Source: a bacterium (GTDB lineage Bacteria; J088; JAWLBW01). Taken from it: 30,474 bases of DNA. The stretch lies in NCBI GenBank assembly GCA_041690355.1, contig JAWLHK010000017.1, positions 62,001-92,474 on the forward strand, in the 5' to 3' direction. Below, piece by piece: positions 9,735 through 18,079 of the stretch. Below the pieces are notes generated by a model that saw only the letters and a program-made list of their open reading frames with translations, had not been told where the DNA came from and searched no databases. The stretch's first letter is position 1, and every line of letters begins with the position of its first letter. Both the position numbers and the translations under genes were made by a program.

Positions 9735-10838
9735 ATGGCCGGCAGTTCATTCGGTACGCAGTTCCGCATCACGACTTTCGGCGAGAGCCACGGCCCGGCG
9801 CTCGGCGTCGTCATCGACGGCTGTCCGTCGGGACTCGAGATCACCGAGGCTGAGATCCAGAAGGACCTCGACCGGCGCCGCCCCGGGCAGAGCTCGATGA
9901 CGACGCAGCGCAAGGAGTCGGACACCGTCGAAATCCTTTCGGGAGTCTTCGAGGGAAAAACGACGGGCACGCCCATCGGCCTTCTCATCCGCAACGCCGA
10001 TCAGCGCTCGAAAGACTATGACAAGCTCAAGGACCTGTTTCGTCCCGGGCATGCCGATTACACGTACTGGGCCAAGTTCGGCCACCGCGACTATCGCGGC
10101 GGCGGACGCTCGAGCGCCCGGGAAACGGCGGCGCGCGTGGCGGCGGGGGCGGTGGCGCGCAAGCTGCTGTCGACCCTGGCGGGGATCGAGGTCTATGCCT
10201 ACGTGAAGGAACTCGGCGGCGTCGAAATCGGCAAGGTCGATCGCTCCGTCATCGAAACGAATCCGTTCCGCGTTCCCGACGCCGACATCGTCCCGCGGCT
10301 CGAGCAGCTGCTGCAGGAGTGTAAGAAGTCCGGCGATACGCTGGGCGGATTCGTGGAGTGCGTCGCCGAGAACGTGCCCCCCGGACTGGGCGAGCCGGTC
10401 TTCGAGAAGCTCGACGCCGCGCTGGCCGGCGCCATCATGGGCATCAACGCCGTGAAGGGGGTCGAGATCGGTGACGGCTTTGCCTCGGCGAAGCTTCGCG
10501 GCTCGGAGAACAACGATCCGTTCGTCCCCGGACCCGGCGGTCTGCCGCGCACGACCACGAACCGGGCGGGGGGCATCCTGGGCGGAATTTCGAACGGCAT
10601 GCCCGTCGTGGTGCGCGCCGCCTTCAAGCCGACCGCGAGCATTCACAAGCAGCAGACGACGGTGACCACCGGGGGCGAAGTCGTGCCGCTCGTCGTCGGT
10701 GGGCGCCACGATCCGACGGTGCTGCCGCGCGCGGTGCCGATCGTCGAGGCCATGACGGCGCTCGTGCTGGCCGACTTCCTGCTGCGGCAGCGGGCGGCGC
10801 GCCTGCACGACACCGAGCTGCTGCGCGACCTGCGCTGA
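9735..10838 (+). CDS. aroC: chorismate synthase
   Basis: [29 protein letters not shown] and RHDP signatures. RBS GAGGAGG. Confidence 0.97.
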   Translation: MAGSSFGTQFRITTFGESHGPALGVVIDGCPSGLEITEAEIQKDLDRRRPGQSSMTTQRKESDTVEILSGVFEGKTTGTPIGLLIRNADQRSKDYDKLKDLFRPGHADYTYWAKFGHRDYRGGGRSSARETAARVAAGAVARKLLSTLAGIEVYAYVKELGGVEIGKVDRSVIETNPFRVPDADIVPRLEQLLQECKKSGDTLGGFVECVAENVPPGLGEPVFEKLDAALAGAIMGINAVKGVEIGDGFASAKLRGSENNDPFVPGPGGLPRTTTNRAGGILGGISNGMPVVVRAAFKPTASIHKQQTTVTTGGEVVPLVVGGRHDPTVLPRAVPIVEAMTALVLADFLLRQRAARLHDTELLRDLR

Positions 10839-10889
10839 CGGCGTACGCCCGTCTGCACATCTTTCACGGTTCACAGGTAGAATTGGCTC

Positions 10890-12449
10890 ATGAGCATTCT
10901 CTCGACGCAACAGCTGCTGCAGCCGATCGATCTGGATGAGGCGCTGCGGGAACCGCTGCCGCAGAAATTCGTGCGCGGCCTTTCGGCACCCGACTTCTAT
11001 TTCGCGCTTCAGGACGTGCGCGAAGATTCCCGCCGCGAGGCGCTCTCCCTCGCGCTCCCCGAGCAGGTGCAGGGGCTGTTCGATCTCGACGTGTGGACGG
11101 CGTCTGAAACCCTCGATCTGACTCGCGTGCGCGACTGGTTCGCCGGCCTGCTCGAGGCCATGCCCGAGGCGCGCGCCGCGATTCACCTGCGCCACCTCGA
11201 CCCGGAGCTGCTCGTCGCCATCGTCGTGTCGGAGTACACGGTCGTACCCATCGGTCCCGATTACGAGCGCGACGCGCCCGAGGACGAGGCCGACTGGCAG
11301 AGCCCCGACGGCAAGTTCTGGCTCTGGCGGCGCGCAACCCCCATCGGTCCGCAGGCCGAGCCCGCCGCCAAAGTGCTCGAGCTGCTGTACCGGGAGGATC
11401 CCGAGCTGGCCTATCACGTGCTTCTCCAGGCCGCCAACGGCCTCTACAGCGAGATGGAAGAGCTGGCCCGCCAGTTCCGCGAGGCGCGGCTGAACGACAT
11501 GGGCTTTCCCTCGCAGGAGACGGCCATCGATCTGTGGAACCCGCGCCGCCCCCGCCGGTTCGCGACCCCTGACATCGAGCAGCCGCCCGTGTTTGCCGCC
11601 GGAACCGTGCTGCGGCGGATGCGACTGCGGGAGCAGATCGAAGGCCTGCCCGCCGAGCGGCAGGAGTCCATCGCGGCCGAGCTCATTCTGCTCGCGAACG
11701 GCGCGCTCATCGGCGAGCCCGAGGCCATGCGTGACCGCCAGACCGTGGACGAGACGCTCTCGGTCGTGGCCGGATTTCTCGAGCTAGGGCTGGAGCTTCC
11801 CGAAGGGGCCGGGCTGCTCGCCACCGATCTCGTCCCCGTCTTCCAGCTCGGCCTGGGACGGGTGGCGCCGCTCGGACGCCGCGCCCGCGCGCTGATCGCC
11901 ACCGGCGCGTTCGATCGCTGGGGCGAGCGGCTCACGCTGCTTACTTCTGCCGAGGCAGACTTTCTCCGGCGGTTGGCCGCGCCGCGTCCGCGCTTCTGCG
12001 ATCCGGAGAGCGGCGACGTGGAGCCGTTCCGCACGGCCGAACAACTCGAAAAGGCTGAACGCCGGCTGACCGAACTGGAGAGCGCAGCGGTGTTCTTCTT
12101 CGGGCCCGGCGGGCTCGCCGCGGCATCCTCGGCGTGGCTCGATGAAACGGTGCTCCCCCCGCGTGAAGAACGCACGCTCGACACGCTTCTCGGGACGTAC
12201 TTCGCGCGCCTGATCCTGCGCCAGCCGGCCGGCGTCGAGCCGATCGCAGAGAAGGACGTGCGCACGCTGCTGCGCAACCTCGAGAACCTGCGCGGTTTCA
12301 GGGAGGGGCTGCAGAAGCTGGCGGGCGCAGAGACCCCGCTCGGCGCGTGGATGCACCGGCACGCCGATCGCTGGATTGACGATCTGCGCGGCGCCGCCGG
12401 CGACCCGCGCCTGGTCGCCACCGTGCTCTATCGCGCGGAAGGTGCGTGA
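10890..12449 (+). CDS. conserved hypothetical protein, DUF6178-like
   Basis: QVQGLFDLDVW and EMEELARQFREARLNDMGFP recall the deltaproteobacterial DUF6178 family (from memory, not searched). Confidence 0.6.
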   Translation: MSILSTQQLLQPIDLDEALREPLPQKFVRGLSAPDFYFALQDVREDSRREALSLALPEQVQGLFDLDVWTASETLDLTRVRDWFAGLLEAMPEARAAIHLRHLDPELLVAIVVSEYTVVPIGPDYERDAPEDEADWQSPDGKFWLWRRATPIGPQAEPAAKVLELLYREDPELAYHVLLQAANGLYSEMEELARQFREARLNDMGFPSQETAIDLWNPRRPRRFATPDIEQPPVFAAGTVLRRMRLREQIEGLPAERQESIAAELILLANGALIGEPEAMRDRQTVDETLSVVAGFLELGLELPEGAGLLATDLVPVFQLGLGRVAPLGRRARALIATGAFDRWGERLTLLTSAEADFLRRLAAPRPRFCDPESGDVEPFRTAEQLEKAERRLTELESAAVFFFGPGGLAAASSAWLDETVLPPREERTLDTLLGTYFARLILRQPAGVEPIAEKDVRTLLRNLENLRGFREGLQKLAGAETPLGAWMHRHADRWIDDLRGAAGDPRLVATVLYRAEGA

Positions 12450-13789
12450 ACGCGGCCCCGGAGCACAAGACCCTGCCGCTGGAGGTCGCCGCGCGCGACG
12501 GACGGGCGCGGCGGACGGTCGTGCGCATGCTGGCGGAGACGTCGGCCAACTGGGGCGCCGCCGAAAAGGCCGTCAACTTCATCGTGCGCCAGGAGACCGG
12601 GCTGCGCAGCACCGAGCGGCGCTTCGTCACCGAAACCACCTGGCGCATCCTGCGCCGCTGGACGCTGCTGCAGGAGCTTCGCAAGCGATTGCTGCCGGAG
12701 GCGGATCCGCACACGGCCGTCTACTTTCTCTATCTGGTGCTCGAGGCGGAACTTGATCCGGAGCTCGCCGCGGAACGCCTTGCTGAGAGCGGCGTGAGCG
12801 CCGATCCTGCCGCGTGGGCGGAGGCGCGCGACGAACTGCTGGCCGCGCAGGAGGCGTACGTCGCCTTTGCGCTGCGCCACGGCCTCCAGCCGTGGTATGC
12901 GGAAAAAGTGCTGCAGGCCTACGGCGACGAAGCGGGTCCGCTCTTCGCGGCCATGAACGAGCGCGCGCCCGTGACCGTCCGCGTGAACACCGCGCGCGCG
13001 ACCCGCGACGAGATGCTCGCGCGCCTGGCCGAAGAGGGGGCGGCGGCAGAGCCCACGCGCTGGTCGCCCTGGGGGATTCGCATCGCGGGCAACGTGAACG
13101 TGAACGCGCTCCCCAGCTGGCGCGCCGGCCTGCTCGATCTGCAGGACGAGGGGAGCCAGCTGCTCGCGCTGCTCACCGACGTGCGCGCGGGACAGCAGGT
13201 CGCCGACCTGTGTGCCGGGGGCGGGGGAAAACTGGTGGCAATGGCCGCCATGGCGGGGCCCGCGGGGAAGCTCGTCGCCATGGATGCCGATCCGCGACGG
13301 CTCGCGTCGGCGCTGCAGCGCATGGGGCGGCTCGGTTTTCAGCGCCCGGATGACATCCACCTCCCCCGCGATCCCAGGCAGGCCGAGCGCAGGCTCACGC
13401 CGCTTCGCGAGCGCTTCGACCGCGTTCTGGTCGACGCGCCCTGTTCGGGCACGGGGGCCTGGCGCCGGCATCCGGCCGAGCGCTGGCGACTGCGTCCCGA
13501 GCACATCGAAACGAATCTGCGCAAGCAACGCGAGATCCTCAACAACGCGGCCCCTCTCGTGGCACCCGGCGGGCGGCTCGTCTACGCCACCTGCTCCATC
13601 CTGCCCGAAGAGAACGAACGGCAGGCCGAGGCGTTTCTGCAGACGCATCCGCAATTCACGCCGGTCGATGCCGCGGCCTTGCTGCCCCACGGCGATGCGT
13701 TCGGCGTACTGGGCACCCCCTGGTTTCGTGCCCTCCCGCATCGGCACGGCACTGACGGCTTCTTCGCCGCGGTCTTTGCCCGCCGCTGA
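12446..13789 (+). CDS. RsmB/NOP2/Sun family RNA m5C methyltransferase
   Basis: QDEGSQL, DLCAGGGGK, VDAPCSGTG, YATCS and DGFF motifs. GTGA overlap with the upstream stop. Confidence 0.92.
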   Translation: MNAAPEHKTLPLEVAARDGRARRTVVRMLAETSANWGAAEKAVNFIVRQETGLRSTERRFVTETTWRILRRWTLLQELRKRLLPEADPHTAVYFLYLVLEAELDPELAAERLAESGVSADPAAWAEARDELLAAQEAYVAFALRHGLQPWYAEKVLQAYGDEAGPLFAAMNERAPVTVRVNTARATRDEMLARLAEEGAAAEPTRWSPWGIRIAGNVNVNALPSWRAGLLDLQDEGSQLLALLTDVRAGQQVADLCAGGGGKLVAMAAMAGPAGKLVAMDADPRRLASALQRMGRLGFQRPDDIHLPRDPRQAERRLTPLRERFDRVLVDAPCSGTGAWRRHPAERWRLRPEHIETNLRKQREILNNAAPLVAPGGRLVYATCSILPEENERQAEAFLQTHPQFTPVDAAALLPHGDAFGVLGTPWFRALPHRHGTDGFFAAVFARR

Positions 13790-13890
13790 ATACCGCCGGT
13801 TCGCCTGGGCCCGGCCGGGCCGAGCGCTCCGGGGGGCAGGGGGCAGCGGAATGGTCCCTCCGATGACAAAAAGGTAAAATAATCGCCGTC

Positions 13891-14583
13891 ATGGTGTTAC
13901 GGCGTTTGCGTGACGAGGTGCGGGAGAAACGCATGCTCGTCGAGAGTTTTCTCGTGTTTCTCGGAGTGGCCGGGATTCTCGTGCCCATCGAGTTTTCCTA
14001 CTTCGCGCTGCAGGACTACCTCATCGCGGCGGGCGTTCCGGTAAACCACCCCGAGACGTGGCTGGACGCCCACATCCCGTTCATTCCCGAATTCATCTGG
14101 CCCTACTGGGCTTACTTCGGCTTTCTCGGCGTGAGCGTCTGGCTTCCGCGTAACCGCCATGATCTTGCCCGGCTGGCCGGCGGGCTTCTTTTCGTGCACT
14201 TTCTCGGGTTCGCCTCCTACCTGCTCTATCCCACGGCCATGCAGCGCATCGACATTGCCTGCGAATCGCTGTCGTGCGGGATGGTCGGCGCCATGTATCT
14301 GCTTGATCCCGGCTACGGGCTGTTTCCCAGCCTGCACGCTGCGTGCTCGGTCTACGTGATCATGTGCGCCTTTGCCTATCGCAGCGGCATCCGCTGGTTC
14401 GTCGCCGTTTTCGGCATGTCCATCGTCTTCGCGACCGTGCTCGTCAAGCAGCACTATATCGTCGATGTCCCCGCCGGCATCGTTCTGGGGATTGCGGGCG
14501 GACGCGCGGCCTGGGCGATCGTCGATCGCTACTACGAACGTTTTGCAAGGCGCCCCCTTCCAGACGGCGCTCTGCTACAATGA
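13891..14583 (+). CDS. PAP2-superfamily membrane protein (AUR1/IPC-synthase-like)
   Basis: Several TM segments, YLLYPT, FPSLH and KQHYIVD motifs. Alternative start ATG 13933 with GGGAG RBS. Confidence 0.8.
   Translation: MVLRRLRDEVREKRMLVESFLVFLGVAGILVPIEFSYFALQDYLIAAGVPVNHPETWLDAHIPFIPEFIWPYWAYFGFLGVSVWLPRNRHDLARLAGGLLFVHFLGFASYLLYPTAMQRIDIACESLSCGMVGAMYLLDPGYGLFPSLHAACSVYVIMCAFAYRSGIRWFVAVFGMSIVFATVLVKQHYIVDVPAGIVLGIAGGRAAWAIVDRYYERFARRPLPDGALLQ
14573..14581 (+). promoter_or_regulatory. extended -10 promoter (TGcTACAAT) for the leader ORF
   Basis: TG-N-TACAAT ending 6 nt before GTG 14588, which is leaderless geometry. No SD before the GTG. Confidence 0.55.
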
Positions 14584-14587
14584 TGGC

Positions 14588-15010
14588 GTGAACGCGAGCG
14601 CTTTCATGCGTCGATGCGGCGTCTGGGCTCTGCTGACCGTATGGGTCACGGGGCCGGTGTCTACCGCGTTCGCGCTCCTCCAGGCCGCCGCCGTGCCCGC
14701 GGCGCCGGCGCTCGTCTGCCATTGCCCGCACCATGAATCCGCCGGCGAGCACGCGGGACATGCGGCGCACCCCCACGGTGGCGCCGGCGCGGGCGCTGCA
14801 TCCGCCGCCGGCCATCTTCCCGACGGCCCCGTGTGGGCTCCCTGCGATACCGCGGCCGACGGCGCGCCCGCCTGGGCGTCAACGCCGGTTCTGATGCCGC
14901 CGTCCACGCTACCCGTCCTCCCCGGATCAGAGCGGACTTTCCGTTCGATCGCGAAATCACAGTTCGCTTCCCGCGACCTGCTTCCCGACATCCCGCCTCC
15001 GCGCGGCTGA
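14588..15010 (+). CDS. Cys/His-rich exported leader protein with C-terminal PPPR (CutF/DUF2946-like putative arrest peptide)
   Basis: GTG 14588 (or ATG 14606). Hydrophobic N-terminus, CHCPHH, EHAGHAAHPH, a further Cys, and a Pro-rich tail ending PDIPPPRG-stop. Confidence 0.7.
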   Translation: MNASAFMRRCGVWALLTVWVTGPVSTAFALLQAAAVPAAPALVCHCPHHESAGEHAGHAAHPHGGAGAGAASAAGHLPDGPVWAPCDTAADGAPAWASTPVLMPPSTLPVLPGSERTFRSIAKSQFASRDLLPDIPPPRG

Positions 15011-15228
15011 TCACTCCCCGTTCGTCGATCCCATTGTTACCCGGCGCAGCAGTCCCTCACGGGCGTGAAGGGCTGCGCGCACAGGCACCGTGCGTCTGCA
15101 CGCCGGCCGCAGCCTTTCTGCGCGCTGGCGGAGACCGTGCGTCCTGTCTGCGGTCTCTGCATCGTGCGCAAGAAGTCCAGCGTGCCCGCAGGGACCGGTC
15201 TGCGTACCTTTTCGATTCAGGAGTGATC
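15009..15228 (+). promoter_or_regulatory. structured intercistronic RNA with anti-SD/SD pairing
   Basis: GATCACTCC (15009-15017) is the exact reverse complement of GGAGTGATC (15220-15228), the SD region of ATG 15230. GC-rich hairpins lie between them. Confidence 0.65.
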
Positions 15229-15229
15229 C

Positions 15230-15709
15230 ATGAGGACCCGTATTCTTTCTGTCACTTTCGTGCTCGCGCTCAGCGCCTGCGGCTCCGATTTCCCCCTACC
15301 TGCCGACGAAGCCTGCACGGCCACGGCCGGCGAAACCCACATCGCCGAAGCCGATGCTTCCCCTTCGGGCCATTCCGTCATGCTGCACGTCGTCGGCAGC
15401 ACCTGCGTCGTCGCCGGCGACAACGTGCTGCGCCTCGTTCCCCGGAAAGAGGGCATGACCATGCATTCGGAATTCCGCCCGCAGTCCGACACCATGGCGG
15501 CCGAACACCCCATGATTACCGGGATATCGCTCACCATGCCCTCCATGGGGCACGGGCCGGCCGAAGAGCCGGTGATTGATAAGGATGCGCACAATACCTT
15601 CACGGCCGCCTTTCAGATGCCGGGCGCGTGGCGCGCCGAAGTGACCTTCTACTTCCACGACATGACCGATGTCGCGCAGAAGGCGGTCTTCGACTTCACC
15701 GTGCACTGA
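15230..15709 (+). CDS. YtkA/FixH-like lipoprotein, Met/His-rich
   Basis: Lipobox LSAC. MPSMGHG and FQMPGAW motifs typical of YtkA-like Ig-fold proteins. RBS AGGAG. Confidence 0.75.
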   Translation: MRTRILSVTFVLALSACGSDFPLPADEACTATAGETHIAEADASPSGHSVMLHVVGSTCVVAGDNVLRLVPRKEGMTMHSEFRPQSDTMAAEHPMITGISLTMPSMGHGPAEEPVIDKDAHNTFTAAFQMPGAWRAEVTFYFHDMTDVAQKAVFDFTVH

Positions 15710-16617
15710 TGCGCAACGTCGCGGTATTTCTCACGGCGCTCCTCCTTGCGGGGGGCGCCGCACTTCCCCTTCCGGCTGCGGCGGCAAGCTGCTGTGGCGG
15801 CGCGGGGAATACCGATCTGTTCGGCCTGCCGAAGTGGCAGTCGGGCGTGGCCGGTTCGGCCGTGCAGATCGAACACACGACGGGGGTCCGTGATGCCGCA
15901 GGCCGGCAGGTGCAAGGGGGCCCGTGGCAGACGACCGATGTACGGGGCCTCGTGTCAGGGGCCTGGCGCGTGCATGCCGACGGCCAGGCACATCTCACCA
16001 TCCCCTGGGTTGCGCGCTCGGTGGATGCGGGCGCGCAGGCCGCACGGGGCAACGGCCTCGGCGATCTGGGCGCGCAGTACCGATACGAGTTCATGGACGA
16101 AGAGACCTGCTTCGCGCGGCCGGTCGAGAGCATGCGCTGGGACGAGGTGAAGCCGTCGATACACGGCCTCGTGCGCGCCACGGCGCCGACGGGCCGATCG
16201 GCGGCGCTCCGGGGCGACCCCCTCGGGGCGTCGATCACGGGGCGCGGCCTGTGGATTGCCGACGCCGGAATCGAGGCGACCAAGATCTGGGGCCGCTTCG
16301 GCAACAGCCTCGCGCTCACCGGCGGACGCCAGTGGGGCGCTACGTCATCTACCGCAGACGCCTGGCGGTGGGAAGCCGCAACGGGAGTCCTCTACTACTT
16401 CCGCTACCAGGGATCGGCGGGGATCTTTGTCGGCCATCGGCGCGAGATCGGCGACGTGGGGGTCGCCGTGCGCTCGACGACGCTTTCGCTCAACACGACC
16501 CACGTGGTGTGGACCGACTGGTGGCTTCGCGCCACGGCCGGTACGGCAGGCGTTCTCGAAGGCCGCAACACGCCGGTGACGTGGACGGGGGGCGTGGCCT
16601 TGGGGAAACTCTTTTAG
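15709..16617 (+). CDS. outer-membrane beta-barrel, MetA-pathway/'transporter'-like, with N-terminal Cys-Cys
   Basis: TGATG coupling to the upstream gene. Signal peptide then SCCGG, GLGDLGAQYRY and APTG motifs, amphipathic strands and C-terminal Phe. Confidence 0.65.
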   Translation: MRNVAVFLTALLLAGGAALPLPAAAASCCGGAGNTDLFGLPKWQSGVAGSAVQIEHTTGVRDAAGRQVQGGPWQTTDVRGLVSGAWRVHADGQAHLTIPWVARSVDAGAQAARGNGLGDLGAQYRYEFMDEETCFARPVESMRWDEVKPSIHGLVRATAPTGRSAALRGDPLGASITGRGLWIADAGIEATKIWGRFGNSLALTGGRQWGATSSTADAWRWEAATGVLYYFRYQGSAGIFVGHRREIGDVGVAVRSTTLSLNTTHVVWTDWWLRATAGTAGVLEGRNTPVTWTGGVALGKLF

Positions 16618-16730
16618 AGTGACGAGTGACGAGTCAGGGCAATTGACGATTTACAATTGACGATTGACGATTTTCAGGAAAGGGTGCACGTCAGCGCCCG
16701 GACCGATGACTGGCGACTGTTGACTGGCGA
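16617..16730 (+). repeat. composite heptamer tract (GAGTGAC)n + (ATTGACG/ATTTACA)n + (GACTGGC)n
   Basis: gagtgacgagtgacgagtc..caattgacgatttacaattgacgattgacgatt..gactggcgactgttgactggcga, between convergent genes. Confidence 0.85.
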
Positions 16731-16738
16731 AGCCGCCC

Positions 16739-18079
16739 TCAGAGAAACCGGGCGAGGTCGACGTTGCGCACTGCCGGGTCGACGGTGGCTACGATGCGGC
16801 GCGTGATGCCGCGCGCGCGGGCCTGATCGGTCGCCAGGTCGACGAGTTCCGGCTCGGTCAGGTAATTGCCGTGGGCGTCCATGATCACCTTGACCTGCGG
16901 CAGATCCTGGGCCTGCGGGTTGCTGGCGAACACCAGCGCGAGCTCGTTCGTGTTGAGGCGGACGAGAGAGCCGACCGGGTACATGCCGAGCATCTTGATG
17001 AAGACGTCCAGGTATTCGGGATGCAGGGCTTTGGCCTTGAGGCGCTGCATGACGTCGATGGCCTCTTTCGGCTCGAAGCGCTTCTGGTACGGACGTAGCG
17101 TCGTCATCGAATCGTAGCAGTCGCCGACCGACGTAATCTCGGAGTATGGGAGCAGCGCCTTTTCCCACTTCGGATATCCCGTGTGGTCATAGCGCACGTG
17201 ATGCGTCAGGACACTGACGATGATCTCCTCGCGAATCGCCGAACCCATCTGTTTGAGAATGCGCGCGCTCTCGACGGGGTGCGTCTGCATGAGTTTCCAC
17301 TCTTCGTCGGTCAGCTTGCCCGGCTTGTTGATGACGCCGAGCGGAATGCGGCACTTGCCCACGTCATGCAGCAGCCCAGACAGCCCTGCGAGCATGGCGT
17401 CTTCCTGGCTGAATCCGAGCTCGGTCGCGAGTGCGAGCGAGAAGACGCCGACGTTCACCGAGTGGTTGAACGTGTAGTTGTCGTAATCGCTGAGCAGGGT
17501 GAGGCCCATGAGCGCGTCACGGTCTTCGAGGATGATGTCCTGCAGGCCTTTCGTGATCTCGAAGGCCCGCTCACCCTTGGGCATGGCCCCGGTGCGGTCT
17601 TCCTTCATGATGTCGAGGATGAAGTTCTTGGCGTCGCTGTAGACCTTGCGGGCCTTCTCGCGGATGTCTTCGTCTTCGACGGTGATCTCGATGCGCGTGA
17701 CCGACCGGCTCTTGAGAAACTCGCCGATATCCTTCCACGCGGCCATGGCGTCGGTGCCGGCGCTGAGCACCTCGACCAGCACGGTCATCTCTTCTTCGGT
17801 CACCCCCCGGTGGATGACGATTTCGGAGATGCGCCGATCTTCGAGGGCCTCGCGCAGTTCGACGTGTACGGTCGCATCGTCATAAAAGGGCTCGCCCTCG
17901 AAGACGAGAACGTCTTCGACGATCGCCAGCGACAGCCGGCCGCGCTTCGTAAGCAGCGGCTTCAGAAGCTGGTGCGCACGGGTAACGGGCTGGGTTCGCG
18001 AGGGGTGCCGGGGCGGGTAGTAGTTCACCGCCTTGACGGCGCCCAGCAGGTTCATGAAAATCGGCTGTGCTTCTTTCAT
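16739..18079 (-). CDS. HD-GYP cyclic dinucleotide phosphodiesterase
   Basis: HSVNV, HDVGK, HP, HHVRYDHTGYP and D..D.MT..RPY motifs. Uncharacterised N-terminal domain. Confidence 0.9.
   Translation of the reverse strand: MKEAQPIFMNLLGAVKAVNYYPPRHPSRTQPVTRAHQLLKPLLTKRGRLSLAIVEDVLVFEGEPFYDDATVHVELREALEDRRISEIVIHRGVTEEEMTVLVEVLSAGTDAMAAWKDIGEFLKSRSVTRIEITVEDEDIREKARKVYSDAKNFILDIMKEDRTGAMPKGERAFEITKGLQDIILEDRDALMGLTLLSDYDNYTFNHSVNVGVFSLALATELGFSQEDAMLAGLSGLLHDVGKCRIPLGVINKPGKLTDEEWKLMQTHPVESARILKQMGSAIREEIIVSVLTHHVRYDHTGYPKWEKALLPYSEITSVGDCYDSMTTLRPYQKRFEPKEAIDVMQRLKAKALHPEYLDVFIKMLGMYPVGSLVRLNTNELALVFASNPQAQDLPQVKVIMDAHGNYLTEPELVDLATDQARARGITRRIVATVDPAVRNVDLARFL

Noticed and set aside
7732-9750. 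Long antisense ORFs (also 6448-7593, 9747-11417, 12428-13747, 18265-19629, 22101-23801, 23729-25063, 25256-27085)
   Set aside because: Shadow frames opposite well-supported genes, expected from high-GC codon bias. They carry no recognisable motifs.
15008-15010. Selenocysteine or stop read-through at the leader TGA followed by hairpins
   Set aside because: No Sec-type redox context. The PPPRG end and the anti-SD pairing explain the structure better.
15018-15026. CCGTTCGTC matching the start of the REP-like element
   Set aside because: Only 9 nt match and the rest of the element is absent.
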